Source of the DNA: a virus
Reading direction: 5' to 3' (one strand)
IMG/VR virus record: IMGVR_UViG_3300044855_000055
DNA: 41,381 nucleotides
Both the position numbers and the translations under genes were made by a program. This document shows, piece by piece, positions 1 to 8,868 of the stretch (positions are counted from its first letter, which is position 1; each line of letters begins with the position of its first letter). The notes under the pieces are model-generated. The model worked only from the letters and a program-made list of their open reading frames with translations. It searched no databases and was not told the DNA's origin.

Positions 1-127
1 CCAGCCCAAGGTTGGCGAAAGCCTTCTGGGCTTGCTTCGACCCACCCACGGCCTTTTGCATGGCAACGTCCGACTTGGTCATCGCCGTGCCGATCTGCTC
101 GATGCCGACGCCAGCCAGGTCGCCGGC
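1..127. repeat. Terminal exact overlap, identical to 41255..41381 (circular-contig closure)
   Basis: The 127 nt match base for base between the two ends. The overlap lies inside one continuous minus-strand ORF. Confidence 0.95.
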
Positions 128-439
128 CAGCTTGAGCCCAGCGAGTTCGCCGTAGGTTGTGCCCAGCCGGCGGCTCAGCTTGCTCTGCACGTCGATGCTC
201 TCGGCCGCGGCAGCGGTCATCGACGTGAACGTGTTCACGGCCGACTGTGCCATGGAGAACATCGACAGTTGGCCGAACGTAGATCCGGCGACGCTGCCCA
301 GCATTCGCAGTGGGTTCACCGCCGAGCCGACCGTGCTGGCAAACCCGCCGAGGCTCTTCCCTGCTCGAGCAAGCCCAGCCGTCAGCCCGCCCGTGCTGGC
401 CGTGATGCTGACGTTGACCCTTCCGAAGTTCTTGGCCAT
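1..439 (-). CDS. Tape measure protein, N-terminal segment (gene wraps the junction and continues 41254..40113)
   Basis: Minus-strand ATG at 439, 4 nt after the stop of the chaperone T frame. It is open to position 1 and in frame with ORF 40113..41336 through the overlap (439-82 = 357 nt). It follows the G/GT chaperones as expected by synteny. Confidence 0.8.
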   Translation of the reverse strand, partial: MAKNFGRVNVSITASTGGLTAGLARAGKSLGGFASTVGSAVNPLRMLGSVAGSTFGQLSMFSMAQSAVNTFTSMTAAAAESIDVQSKLSRRLGTTYGELAGLKLAGDLAGVGIEQIGTAMTKSDVAMQKAVGGSKQAQKAFANLGL

Positions 440-442
440 GCG

Positions 443-754
443 TCAGCCCGGTAGTGGGATTGCGTTGAGTGCGGCGAGAATCTGCTGCGGCGTTTGAGCC
501 CGCTTCGGAACGGGCATGAAGTCGTCAACCTTCTTGACCGGCGAGTTCTTGCCCCGGTAGGCGTTGCTGAACTGGGTCATACTCATTGCCGACCGGAGCC
601 ATTCGTCGCCCCACGGCTCCAGCAAGTAGTAGCCCATCCACCCGTACAACTGATCGACCGACATCTCCTCCGCGAGAGCGTCAACGTCCACCCGTTCCAT
701 CTTTAGCGCCAGCCGGTAGAGGAACAGCAGCACCGGCGACGCCTCTATTTTCCC
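443..754 (-). CDS. Tail assembly chaperone, -1 frame extension (gpT-like part of a G-T fusion)
   Basis: The ORF 443..733 frame stays open back to the slippery heptamer at 748..754. It is offset -1 relative to 745..1101. It lies between the gpG-like gene and the tape measure. Confidence 0.7.
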   Translation of the reverse strand, partial: GKIEASPVLLFLYRLALKMERVDVDALAEEMSVDQLYGWMGYYLLEPWGDEWLRSAMSMTQFSNAYRGKNSPVKKVDDFMPVPKRAQTPQQILAALNAIPLPG

Positions 755-1101
755 GCCGCTTCCTCCACCGGATTGGCAAGCATGCCGTTGAGTTCAAAGG
801 CGGCTTGCACAATCCGCTGCACAGCCTCCCAGTCGTAGGCACCGATGGCGGCCTCGTCTGCTTCGCTGAACAGCTGCTTGCCGTCTTCAGCCACGCAAAC
901 GAGCGTCACGATCTTGGCGGACAGGTTGTTGAGGCTCACGCCACCCTTGCCGCCGCCAACAATTTCCTCGAGCCGGTTGCGGCCCTTGGCGGTCAACTTG
1001 CTGACGTAGACCTCGCTGCCCTCACCGAGTTCCGGCACGGGCACCAACACCTTCGCCAGCGGTTGCCGTCGCTGTAGGAACTCTTCACGACTCAGAGCCA
1101 T
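745..1101 (-). CDS. Tail assembly chaperone (gpG-like)
   Basis: 118-aa ORF between the tail tube gene and the tape measure. It ends ...GCG GCG GGA AAA TAG, with the slippery site at its 3' end. Confidence 0.75.
   Translation of the reverse strand: MALSREEFLQRRQPLAKVLVPVPELGEGSEVYVSKLTAKGRNRLEEIVGGGKGGVSLNNLSAKIVTLVCVAEDGKQLFSEADEAAIGAYDWEAVQRIVQAAFELNGMLANPVEEAAGK
748..754 (-). promoter_or_regulatory. Programmed -1 ribosomal frameshift slippery heptamer G GGA AAA
   Basis: Minus-strand GGGAAAA in X XXY YYZ register, immediately before the TAG of 745..1101. A -1 slip reads GGG AAA ATA GAG GCG TCG CCG GTG CTG..., which joins ORF 443..733 without a stop. Confidence 0.75.
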
Positions 1102-1125
1102 GCGCGCCTCCCTGCGTCACACCAA

Positions 1126-1524
1126 TCAACCAAGGGCACCCGACAGCTTGATCGTCACGGAGCCCGACTGCATGTCTTCCATCTGGGCACCAGCCTCGTA
1201 ACCGGTCATGTAGCCGAACGCCGACCACAGCGTCACGGCCGTGCCGCCGTTGGCCCAGTACACGCTCACCACCTGATTGGTGGCAACGTTCGCCAGGTCG
1301 GCGACGGGCTTCACGGCAGGGTCGTGCAGCACCTCGACCGACAGCTCGCCTGGGTCGTAAATGGCCGAGGCCACGAACTCCTTGACCGTGGACTGCATGT
1401 GCGTCGCATCGGCCACGGCCCTCGCAATGCCGCTGTGATTCACGCCGGTGATCTTGTAGCCCGTCGCGGTGTGCAACGCGGTGCCGAACGAAACGTAGGT
1501 TCCCTGTCCGATGTCAGCAGGCAT
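1126..1524 (-). CDS. Major tail (tube) protein, putative
   Basis: 132-aa ORF directly upstream of the G/GT chaperones. The call rests on position in an HK97-like tail module. Confidence 0.55.
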   Translation of the reverse strand: MPADIGQGTYVSFGTALHTATGYKITGVNHSGIARAVADATHMQSTVKEFVASAIYDPGELSVEVLHDPAVKPVADLANVATNQVVSVYWANGGTAVTLWSAFGYMTGYEAGAQMEDMQSGSVTIKLSGALG

Positions 1525-1527
1525 TGG

Positions 1528-1944
1528 TCAGCTCTCCAAGTGGGTGATCTCGACTGTCAGGTCCGTCCGGTAAATTGGCGTTTGGTCGCCGGGGTTGGCA
1601 GGCTCTTGCTGGTCGTTTTCGTCCTTGACCGTGACAAGCCGAACCGCCGCCGTCCGCTTGAATTGTAAGGCTGCCCTGACCGCTCGCCCGAGGTTGCGGC
1701 AGTCCACTAGGCGGGTCGAAATACACGAAACCGTGTACGTCGTCCGCGTGATCCCGGTCATGCCGGTCATGTGCATGTACGGCCCACGGCTGGCGTCCTG
1801 GCGGTCGATGACCAGGCACGGCAGCGTCGTCCCCTGCGGAGCCTGGACGGCGTAGATCCGCGAGCCGACGGACGCTGCGATGTCGGCTGAGACCGACAGC
1901 AGCTGCAGCAGGGATTCGTCGATGAACGTCGTGGCTGGCATCAC
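1528..1944 (-). CDS. Tail terminator / tail completion protein (DUF3168-like), putative
   Basis: 138 aa, located between the gp10-like and tube genes. The N-terminal pattern ...LLSVSADIAASVGSRIYAVQAPQG..P resembles the gpU/DUF3168 family, from memory. Confidence 0.5.
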   Translation of the reverse strand: MMPATTFIDESLLQLLSVSADIAASVGSRIYAVQAPQGTTLPCLVIDRQDASRGPYMHMTGMTGITRTTYTVSCISTRLVDCRNLGRAVRAALQFKRTAAVRLVTVKDENDQQEPANPGDQTPIYRTDLTVEITHLES

Positions 1945-2525
1945 ATCCCCTTGGCATCGCGGCGGGCGTTCTCGGCTTCAGCCTTCGCCACCGCCCGGCC
2001 GAGTTCCTGAATCAGTTCGTCCCTGATCCGCGGCAGCGTCCTGTCCGCCCACTGGCCGAACTTGCCCGTGCCGGGGACGGCAGCAACCTCGGGGAAGTAC
2101 GCAGCGCCGCCGCCTTCCGCCCCGATCAGGGCCACCTTGCCCATGAGGTACGGGTACTTCTTGGCCATCGTCATGGGCACCCGCAGCATGGATGCGTTCT
2201 TCGGCTTGCGGACCTTCACGCCGTTTTCGATCCACCAGGCGTGGTAGCCGAGCCCGCCCTTTTTGAACTTGTCGCCGCGGCGGAAACCGAGCACGGCCGT
2301 CTGGGTCTTGCCGCGGACCTTGGCTTCCGTGAGCACGCCCACCGACCGCCGCAGATTCCCCGTCGGACCCTTTGCGACCAGGGCTTTGACCTCGGGGATA
2401 TACGGCTTGGTGACCTTGTTCACGCTCGCCCGCAGGTACTTTTTCTGCACGCCAATCCGCAGCCCATCAAAACGCTTGAGAACGTCTTGGATGTCCGATG
2501 CACTGGCACTGACTTGGAAGGCCAT
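1941..2525 (-). CDS. HK97 gp10-like head-tail/tail component protein
   Basis: 194 aa with ATGA overlaps on both sides. The call rests on synteny after the head-tail adaptor. Confidence 0.5.
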   Translation of the reverse strand: MAFQVSASASDIQDVLKRFDGLRIGVQKKYLRASVNKVTKPYIPEVKALVAKGPTGNLRRSVGVLTEAKVRGKTQTAVLGFRRGDKFKKGGLGYHAWWIENGVKVRKPKNASMLRVPMTMAKKYPYLMGKVALIGAEGGGAAYFPEVAAVPGTGKFGQWADRTLPRIRDELIQELGRAVAKAEAENARRDAKGM

Positions 2526-2842
2526 CAGTCCGTCACCTCCGCCACCAGCAGCTCGTGCTCGGCCCGGTAGCCGCGCTCCACCACGCTGGTGATCTCAAAC
2601 GTGCGACCCTCGCAGACGATCCGCATCTTGGCTTTCAGCCCCGGCGTGTAGTGCAGCATCACCTTGTGGGTCACGTCGGAACCGGTCGCCATGGCCGACA
2701 CGCTCTCTGATCCCGACAGCGGCACGATGCCCACCCACCGAGTAGCGAACGTCGCCCACGACAGGATCGGCTCGCCGATGGCGTTGGCCGACTCCGTCGG
2801 AGTCTGGATCGTCGCCAGCCGGTTGAGCGTGCCAGTCCTCAT
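2525..2842 (-). CDS. Head-tail adaptor / head closure protein (SPP1 gp16-like)
   Basis: 105 aa. The pattern LNRLATIQ...GEP..SW....RWVGIVPLSGSE...TH.V.L.Y is typical of the head-tail joining family. Confidence 0.6.
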   Translation of the reverse strand: MRTGTLNRLATIQTPTESANAIGEPILSWATFATRWVGIVPLSGSESVSAMATGSDVTHKVMLHYTPGLKAKMRIVCEGRTFEITSVVERGYRAEHELLVAEVTD

Positions 2843-3246
2843 GTACCAACGACCACCAGCGTAAAGCTCGCCGTCCCCGAGTACGCCGAGACGTTGAAGC
2901 CCGCCGTGCCGCCGCCACGGGCGTCCGACAACGCAACCCGGCTCGCGGAACTGATCGCCGCCCCCGACCCGGACGCCTCAGCACAGCGGGCCGCAGCCGA
3001 GGCAGCGAAGGCAAACCGGTCCACTGTCGCGAGCGTGACGAGCGATCCGTCCGCGTCCCGGTACGTGCTGGGGGCCACAGCAATCGCCACAGAGGCCGTG
3101 CCGCAGGTGCCAGCGACAACCACCACCTTGCCAGCCGTGTAGGCGTCCGTGCTCGTCAACGCGATCCGCTGGACGCTCTGCACCGCTGTGCTCGTCGCCG
3201 AATCCGTGTAGCCCACGTCGATCGCGATCCGTCCCTCAAGACTCAT
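2839..3246 (-). CDS. Hypothetical structural protein (Ala/Ser/Thr-rich)
   Basis: 135-aa ORF coupled by 4-nt overlaps within the connector module. Confidence 0.55.
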   Translation of the reverse strand: MSLEGRIAIDVGYTDSATSTAVQSVQRIALTSTDAYTAGKVVVVAGTCGTASVAIAVAPSTYRDADGSLVTLATVDRFAFAASAAARCAEASGSGAAISSASRVALSDARGGGTAGFNVSAYSGTASFTLVVVGT

Positions 3247-3878
3247 GCGTACTGCCTCCAGCGGAGGTTGGCCAGCAGGGCCGATACGGCCATTTCCAGT
3301 TCACGGCCCACGCTGCCCACGGCCTCCCGGTTCGCGTACCAGTGACCGACCAACATCTTGATGGCGTGCTTCGCCGGAGTCGGCACGTTCGCTGCCCCGC
3401 CGTAGCCGGCGAGGTATGTCACCTGAACGGCCTTGTCGTCCAGCCGCACGTTGGGCCAGTTCTCCAAGTACAGCGGGTACAGAAGGGCAGGAACGTGGTC
3501 GCGGTCTAGGCGGAACTGCTGCGTTCCAGACTGCGCCCACGTGAGTGTCTGCGTGGTGCCACCTTGGTCCACGTAGGAAATAGTCACCGTGGCGTTCGTG
3601 GCAACCGAAGCCAGCTGCACCGGCGGGCGCGGAAGCGCGATGCGGAGGCTTGGGAAATCATCGAACGCCACGGTGTAATGTTTGTGGGCGAAGGTGCGGT
3701 CGCAGTAGTCCTCGCACCACGCGGTCGCCGTGTCGATCAGCACGCCGATGTAGTCATCGTCGGTCGTCATGTCGACGATCCGCAGATGCTCCTTGGCCTC
3801 GGCCACCGACACGGGCCGGTCACCCGTCCCGCTCGCGGTCGCAACGATGAGCGACCGGTAGTTGCTACTTGCCCGCAC
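3243..3878 (-). CDS. Head-tail connector protein (gp6-like)
   Basis: GTG at 3878 preceded by GGAGG with 7-nt spacing. The motif VSVAEAKEHLRIV....DDDYI..LI.TA is typical of the gp6-like connector family. The longer ORF upstream to 3998 is Arg-rich shadow. Confidence 0.6.
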   Translation of the reverse strand: MRASSNYRSLIVATASGTGDRPVSVAEAKEHLRIVDMTTDDDYIGVLIDTATAWCEDYCDRTFAHKHYTVAFDDFPSLRIALPRPPVQLASVATNATVTISYVDQGGTTQTLTWAQSGTQQFRLDRDHVPALLYPLYLENWPNVRLDDKAVQVTYLAGYGGAANVPTPAKHAIKMLVGHWYANREAVGSVGRELEMAVSALLANLRWRQYA

Positions 3879-4110
3879 GGCGTCGCCTCCCAGCCTTGGC
3901 GTAGGGTGCCTCGGCTCGCTCGACCTCCTGCGGCCCGTCAGCCACGGCGAACCGGATCTGCGGCTGCTCGTCACGCACGGCGTAGCCAGAACGCACAAGC
4001 ATGTCCGCCAGGCCGCCAGTCACGTCCACGACCTGACCCGTCTTGTAGGTGCGGACCGGTCGAGTGATCCGCACCGAGACCGTCGGATACTGCGTGCTGC
4101 TCATTGCCAC
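3865..4110 (-). CDS. Hypothetical protein
   Basis: 81-aa ORF in the operon between the glycosyltransferase and the connector. Confidence 0.5.
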   Translation of the reverse strand: MAMSSTQYPTVSVRITRPVRTYKTGQVVDVTGGLADMLVRSGYAVRDEQPQIRFAVADGPQEVERAEAPYAKAGRRRRAGK

Positions 4111-4871
4111 ACCTTGTCAGGGGGTTGCCCGCCTCGATCCCAGAAATCCCCAGGATGCTGGAGCAACGGCTGCATGTTCTGGTCGGGCCACTTAAACCAG
4201 ACCTCGGCATGACCGAGAGCCACCCGAGGGCAGACGCCCAACTTCAGTCCGGCCTTCTGAGCCTCGATCCAGAAGTGAATGTCGTCGTCGATTCGGCCGT
4301 CGTCCCACCGACCATCGGCGTTGGGCCTGCCGAAGAACCACGGGTGCGGCATCTTCTTCAAGGCCGACGCCCGCAGGAGCGTGAACCCGAAGTGCGCCGT
4401 GTTCACCGGCATGATGTTGTGGTAGATGAGCTGGTCTCGGCCGATGCTCCCGGCCCGAGTGCCGTCCTCCGACATCATCGTGAACAGCGGCTCATCGTGC
4501 CGCCGCTTCATCTGCACGGCAGCCACCACGTCGTAGTCCGACGCCGAGGCGTAGGTCAGCAGACGAGGTAGTGCATCGGGCTGGAAAATGGAATCGTAGT
4601 CGAGCGTCAGGATCCACAGCGGGGGGCCGTCAGGCTCGGGGTCGTTCTCGATCATGTCCGTAAGGACGCGCTCGAGGCACTGGCCCCAAAAAGCCCCTTC
4701 CAGCCGCACGGGTGCGACGCCGTAAGGGATGAGCCCTCGCGGCCAGCAGAACATGTGGTCCTGCCAACCCAGCCTAGGAACCGACATCGCGCAATGCACG
4801 CGAGCCGGCCCCGAGCCAGTATTCAGCACAGCCGGCTTGATGCCGGCGATGGGTGAAGCAGCCGCGCCCAC
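4101..4871 (-). CDS. Glycosyltransferase (GT-A fold, GT2-like), putative
   Basis: GTG start with AAGGAGG 5 nt upstream. It has a LTLDYDS DxD-like motif and a later DDDIHFW...LGH pattern. Confidence 0.6.
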   Translation of the reverse strand: MGAAASPIAGIKPAVLNTGSGPARVHCAMSVPRLGWQDHMFCWPRGLIPYGVAPVRLEGAFWGQCLERVLTDMIENDPEPDGPPLWILTLDYDSIFQPDALPRLLTYASASDYDVVAAVQMKRRHDEPLFTMMSEDGTRAGSIGRDQLIYHNIMPVNTAHFGFTLLRASALKKMPHPWFFGRPNADGRWDDGRIDDDIHFWIEAQKAGLKLGVCPRVALGHAEVWFKWPDQNMQPLLQHPGDFWDRGGQPPDKVWQ

Positions 4872-4899
4872 GGCAACCTCCTTCGAGTTGTCGAACTAC

Positions 4900-5358
4900 T
4901 CAGCCCAGGACCACGCGGTTGGTGACGTTCGCGTCCGACGCCGAATCGACGCCCGACTCGCCGCGACCCAGACGGGCCGCCACCACCACCGTGTTGTTGC
5001 TCGCGTTGCTCGTCGCAGACGAACTCGGCGTGACCGAGACCTGCACGTAACGCTTGAGGCTCTTCGTGCTGACCTCGAACCGGCTGACGTTGACCGTCGC
5101 CGTGTTGCCGACGCCGGACAGCGTGTAGTCCGTGTTCTGGATCAGGCTGGCGATCGTGCCGTAGCTGCCGTCCGTGTCGGAGTGACGCAGCGAGACCACG
5201 CTCGGAGCCGCCGTATTGGCGATCGAGCGGTAGCCCACGTCCACCGACAGCGAGTCGTAGCCGAGGCAATCGACCGCCACGGTCAGCGTGCTGGCCGAAG
5301 CGAGACCCGCAGCGTCCGTCAGGGCGACCACGGAACGAGAGTTCTGAAGATGGTTCAC
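4900..5358 (-). CDS. Hypothetical head protein (decoration-like), Ser/Thr-rich C-terminal part
   Basis: 152-aa ORF immediately downstream of the major capsid gene. It contains the tract VTPSSSATSNASNNT. Confidence 0.55.
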   Translation of the reverse strand: MNHLQNSRSVVALTDAAGLASASTLTVAVDCLGYDSLSVDVGYRSIANTAAPSVVSLRHSDTDGSYGTIASLIQNTDYTLSGVGNTATVNVSRFEVSTKSLKRYVQVSVTPSSSATSNASNNTVVVAARLGRGESGVDSASDANVTNRVVLG

Positions 5359-5385
5359 GGTTCAGGGTTCCTTGTGGTGCTTGGG

Positions 5386-6681
5386 TCAGAGGATGAGGGC
5401 CACGACCGGACCGGCGGTGTTGGCGTCGCCAACGTCCGAGGTCACCGCGTCGTAGGACACAGTGGCCTGCATGTACGTCTGATCGAATTCAACGTAGCGG
5501 TCAGTGCTCGCCCGCACGGCAACCTGCCGACGGAGGGCGAAGTGGCTCGACCGCTTCAAGTCGCCAAAGAGAGCCACGCACTGGGTAGCGGCGGCGGTCT
5601 TCCGCATGACGTTGTTGAAGAACACCGGCCACCCCATGAACACCGGACGACGCACGCCGTCTACGATCTCGTTGGCCGAGGCACCGTTGCCGCCGAGGGC
5701 CAGCGACTGCATCGCCAGTGCGTGCATCTGCGGCGTGGTGTACCAGCCGCAGGTCGGGCTCTGCGAAGCGTAGGTCGGCAACTTGGCGATCGTGTTGGCG
5801 AAGTCGTCGATCGTCAGGGCAGTGACCGCCGTCTGGCTGGAGTCGTGGATGCCAGCGGTCAGCGTCTCGTTTTCGAACTTCCACTGGATGCCGCGAATGC
5901 CGCCGTAGGTGGAAGCCCCGGTCCCGATAAAGCCGTCTTCGTCGATTCTCTGCGCGATGGCGAGGGCAAATTCAGTTGCCACAAGCGACGCCAAATCGAT
6001 AGCCGAGTCGTCGATCAGCTGGTTGGGGATGCGGGTTCCGACGCGAACCTCCTTGCTGGAGAGCAAGACGTTGTCGGTCGCCATGTCCGTCACGGTCGTC
6101 TCAGCGTTGGCGCCGGTGTGGTACGCGGTATTGCCGGCGGTCCGACGCGGGATGTAGAGCGTGTCGCTCGTCATCGTCAGGTTGTTTGCCTGGGCGGGAA
6201 ACGACCCATAGGCATCGACCAATCTGATCAACGTGGCCGCGAAGGTGTCAGGAATTAGCGCTCCGCCCTTGCTGTTGTCGTTGGGCGACAGGGCGCGAGC
6301 CTCGACGTGCTTCTCGTACCAAGCCCGATCCTCGGCTCGGCCGAGGACGTAGCCGCGAATCCAGCGGCCGCAGGCTTCAGCGTCCGAAGACGACCGGAAC
6401 ATCGTGGCCTTGCCGCTGTCGCGGGAAGGACGGGCGACCGGCTCAACAGCCGCAACCTCGACCGGCTTCGCAGTCGCAGCCACCTTGCCGCGGAGCGACG
6501 TGATCCGCTCGGCGATGGAGTGCTCGCGGGCGAGCTCGGCCTCGAGTCGCTCACCTTCGACGGCGAGCTTCTCCATCTCGGCGGCCTGCTCGGCGGAACG
6601 GTCCTCGACGGCCGAAAGGTCGGCGAGCATCGCAGCCACAGCGGCGGCGCGGTCCTGAAGCTTCGAGAGTTGAGTGGCCAT
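5386..6681 (-). CDS. Major capsid protein, HK97 family, with N-terminal coiled-coil (delta-like) domain
   Basis: ATG at 6681 with GGAG about 9 nt upstream (the ORF track start 6732 is less likely). The N-terminus is a coiled coil (QLSKLQDRAAA...EAELAREH) and the body is HK97-like. It lies downstream of the protease. Confidence 0.85.
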   Translation of the reverse strand: MATQLSKLQDRAAAVAAMLADLSAVEDRSAEQAAEMEKLAVEGERLEAELAREHSIAERITSLRGKVAATAKPVEVAAVEPVARPSRDSGKATMFRSSSDAEACGRWIRGYVLGRAEDRAWYEKHVEARALSPNDNSKGGALIPDTFAATLIRLVDAYGSFPAQANNLTMTSDTLYIPRRTAGNTAYHTGANAETTVTDMATDNVLLSSKEVRVGTRIPNQLIDDSAIDLASLVATEFALAIAQRIDEDGFIGTGASTYGGIRGIQWKFENETLTAGIHDSSQTAVTALTIDDFANTIAKLPTYASQSPTCGWYTTPQMHALAMQSLALGGNGASANEIVDGVRRPVFMGWPVFFNNVMRKTAAATQCVALFGDLKRSSHFALRRQVAVRASTDRYVEFDQTYMQATVSYDAVTSDVGDANTAGPVVALIL

Positions 6682-6756
6682 CCGTGGCGCTCCGTAGTTG
6701 GTGAACGGTGACAGTCCTTGTCTGTCGTTCACACTACGGGAGCAAAGGGCGATGAC

Positions 6757-6942
6757 CTAGCGTTTCGGTTGTACGTACAACGAACGTCTGTAGATGTACT
6801 CGCTCGGCACGACCACCTTCGTGCTGAAGTCGCAGCATTGGCACTCGACGTAGCGAACCTGCTGATCGCCTGCCGCCTTGCTGGTACGTGTGCGAATGCG
6901 GCCACGCTTGCACTGCGGACACACGTCGCCTGGTCTAGCCAC
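6757..6942 (-). CDS. Zinc-ribbon protein, Ogr/Delta-like (putative late transcription factor)
   Basis: 61 aa with the pattern CPQC-x5-RTRTS-x9-RYVEC-x-CC. Confidence 0.45.
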   Translation of the reverse strand: MARPGDVCPQCKRGRIRTRTSKAAGDQQVRYVECQCCDFSTKVVVPSEYIYRRSLYVQPKR

Positions 6943-7633
6943 GCAGCATGCTCCTGAGCTTGGCAGCCCGCAGGCGAGCCGCCATCCGCACCGCCAGATT
7001 CGTCAGTGCCTTGCCGTCGCTCACCGGCTCGGCCGGAACCGGAGTCTCTTCCTGCTCGGCCATCCACGCCTCCATGCTGCGACGGGCAACAGCCGCAGAC
7101 GAAGACGAGTATGCAGGGTGTACAACTACGGACACGTCGAACAAACCAGACACCTCGCGGATCGAGCGACGCGGCATGCCGTCCTCGCCCGGTGCCCACG
7201 ACTGCCCCTTCTGCTCGACCGTGAACGCGAACGAGGAGCCACGCAGGTCGCCGCGTGCCGTCAGTTCGCTGATCGTGCGGCCCAACTCCGTGTTTGGCAA
7301 AACGACCGAGTACCGCAGCCCCTTGTCGTCGCTCGACAGTTCCAGCGTGCCCGACGACGTGCGGCCCAACAGCTGGTTGGCGTCGTGGTTGAACAGGGCC
7401 ACTACGTCCCGCTTGCCACGCTGGCGGTTGAGCACCTTGTCGAATGCACCCGGCAGGATCGTCTCACGGAACCCGCCGAGGTCCACCGACGTGGTGTTGT
7501 AGCGGACGGCATAGCCAGACAGGACCGTGCGGCCGTCGGCCCGAGTCTCGACAGCCACGCCACCGTCGTCGGCGAACTCCCAGTCACGCCGCTCGATCTC
7601 CGTAGCCACCGCCACGTCCATCTCGTCAGCCAT
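6935..7633 (-). CDS. Prohead protease, HK97 family (S78/U35)
   Basis: Start at MADEMD (7633), overlapping the portal stop. Family pattern: GYAVRYN...GFRE.I.PGAF...ALFNHD...LGR...L..DD.GL....L........GDL.G.SF.F. Confidence 0.85.
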   Translation of the reverse strand: MADEMDVAVATEIERRDWEFADDGGVAVETRADGRTVLSGYAVRYNTTSVDLGGFRETILPGAFDKVLNRQRGKRDVVALFNHDANQLLGRTSSGTLELSSDDKGLRYSVVLPNTELGRTISELTARGDLRGSSFAFTVEQKGQSWAPGEDGMPRRSIREVSGLFDVSVVVHPAYSSSSAAVARRSMEAWMAEQEETPVPAEPVSDGKALTNLAVRMAARLRAAKLRSMLRG

Positions 7634-8861
7634 CGCTCGCCTCCGTGCTCGGGGTGTCCTGGGCCGGCTCGTCTTCGCTCGGTTCGTCCTGCTCCTCTGG
7701 CACGTCCTCCACCGGCTCGGCCACCGGCTCAGCACCAGGGGGAAGCGGGCCGAGGCTTTCCTTCTGCCGCACTTCCTCGGGCGTCAGCCACTTATTGCGG
7801 ATCGCGATCTCATACGCCTGATAGCGGGTCGTGATGTCGGACCGCAGCAGCCCTTCGACCAGGAACTCCGCGTACAACTCGCCGTCCTCGGGGAGCACGT
7901 CCCGCTCGATCGCACCCTCAATCCGCCGTAGCCACGGGGCAATCGTGAACTTCTCGAACGACACCATCTCGCTCTGCAGGTTGCCCCACGTCGCGCGGCC
8001 CAACTCCTGAATCATGTGCGGCGGCATCCGCCAGATGCGGCAGATCGCCAGCAGCGATTGCATCCACAGTTCGGCCAACTGGCTCTCTTGATTCGTGGCC
8101 GTGATCGTGTCGGCCTTCAGCCCGTTGCTCAGCACCGCCGTCTCGCCAGCGTTCCTCGCCCCCTTGTGCCGGGCGTTCCACGACTCGCGAAGCCCACGCC
8201 GCTGCTCCTCGTTGAGCACTTGGTCCGTCGTCAGGATCAGCCCCGGCTGGGCTTGGTTCCTGTAGAAGTTGGCCGCGTAGCCCTCCAGGCTGCGGGCCAG
8301 GCTGATCGCATCCCGGCCCAACTCAATCGGCACCTCACCGTGAATGCCGTCGAACGAGATCCACGGAATGTGGCAGATCTGGTCATCGCGGTAGATCGTC
8401 TGGCGGCCCGTCTTCGGGTCCGTGAACAGGTACGTCTTCGTGCCCTCATCGTCCGCCTCGACCTTCATGCCGGCCGGGTTTAACGGCCGTAGTTCGGTCA
8501 CCTGCCCATCGGGGCCGCGGAACTTGAACTGGTAGGACGAGCCGTAGAACCCCATGTGCAGGCAGATCTGCTCGACCCACTGATACCGGGTCTGGTAGCG
8601 GTTCGGCTTCTTGGCGAGCACGCTGTAGATCGCCAAATCCTTGGCTCGCTCAGACGTGTAGTCGTCACGCTTGCGGTAGACGTGCAGCGGCAGGCAGGCG
8701 ACAGTCTCGGCCACCACTCGGGCACAGGCCATGTAGGCCGCCGTTCGCATGGCGGTCTCGGGAGTCACCCGCACGCCAGACTCGGCAGCAGCCGCAACTA
8801 GGTCATCCCAGCGGCTCATCCGCGTCTCAAGCCAGCGGATCTCGGGGAGCGTCGCATCCAT
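7626..8861 (-). CDS. Portal protein, HK97 family
   Basis: 411 aa, between the large terminase and the protease, with an acidic C-terminal tail. Confidence 0.8.
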   Translation of the reverse strand: MDATLPEIRWLETRMSRWDDLVAAAAESGVRVTPETAMRTAAYMACARVVAETVACLPLHVYRKRDDYTSERAKDLAIYSVLAKKPNRYQTRYQWVEQICLHMGFYGSSYQFKFRGPDGQVTELRPLNPAGMKVEADDEGTKTYLFTDPKTGRQTIYRDDQICHIPWISFDGIHGEVPIELGRDAISLARSLEGYAANFYRNQAQPGLILTTDQVLNEEQRRGLRESWNARHKGARNAGETAVLSNGLKADTITATNQESQLAELWMQSLLAICRIWRMPPHMIQELGRATWGNLQSEMVSFEKFTIAPWLRRIEGAIERDVLPEDGELYAEFLVEGLLRSDITTRYQAYEIAIRNKWLTPEEVRQKESLGPLPPGAEPVAEPVEDVPEEQDEPSEDEPAQDTPSTEASDG

Positions 8862-8868
8862 GCGGTGT

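Noticed and set aside
1-127. Terminal repeat as a genuine phage direct terminal repeat
   Set aside because: It lies in frame inside the tape-measure ORF, which fits an assembler overlap on a circular path. The HNH plus P27-terminase arrangement points to cos ends elsewhere.
4729-6258. 509-aa plus-strand ORF, the longest in that region
   Set aside because: It lies antisense to the major capsid and decoration genes. It is Arg/Gly/Val/His-rich low complexity with no motifs. This is the typical shadow ORF of high-GC DNA.
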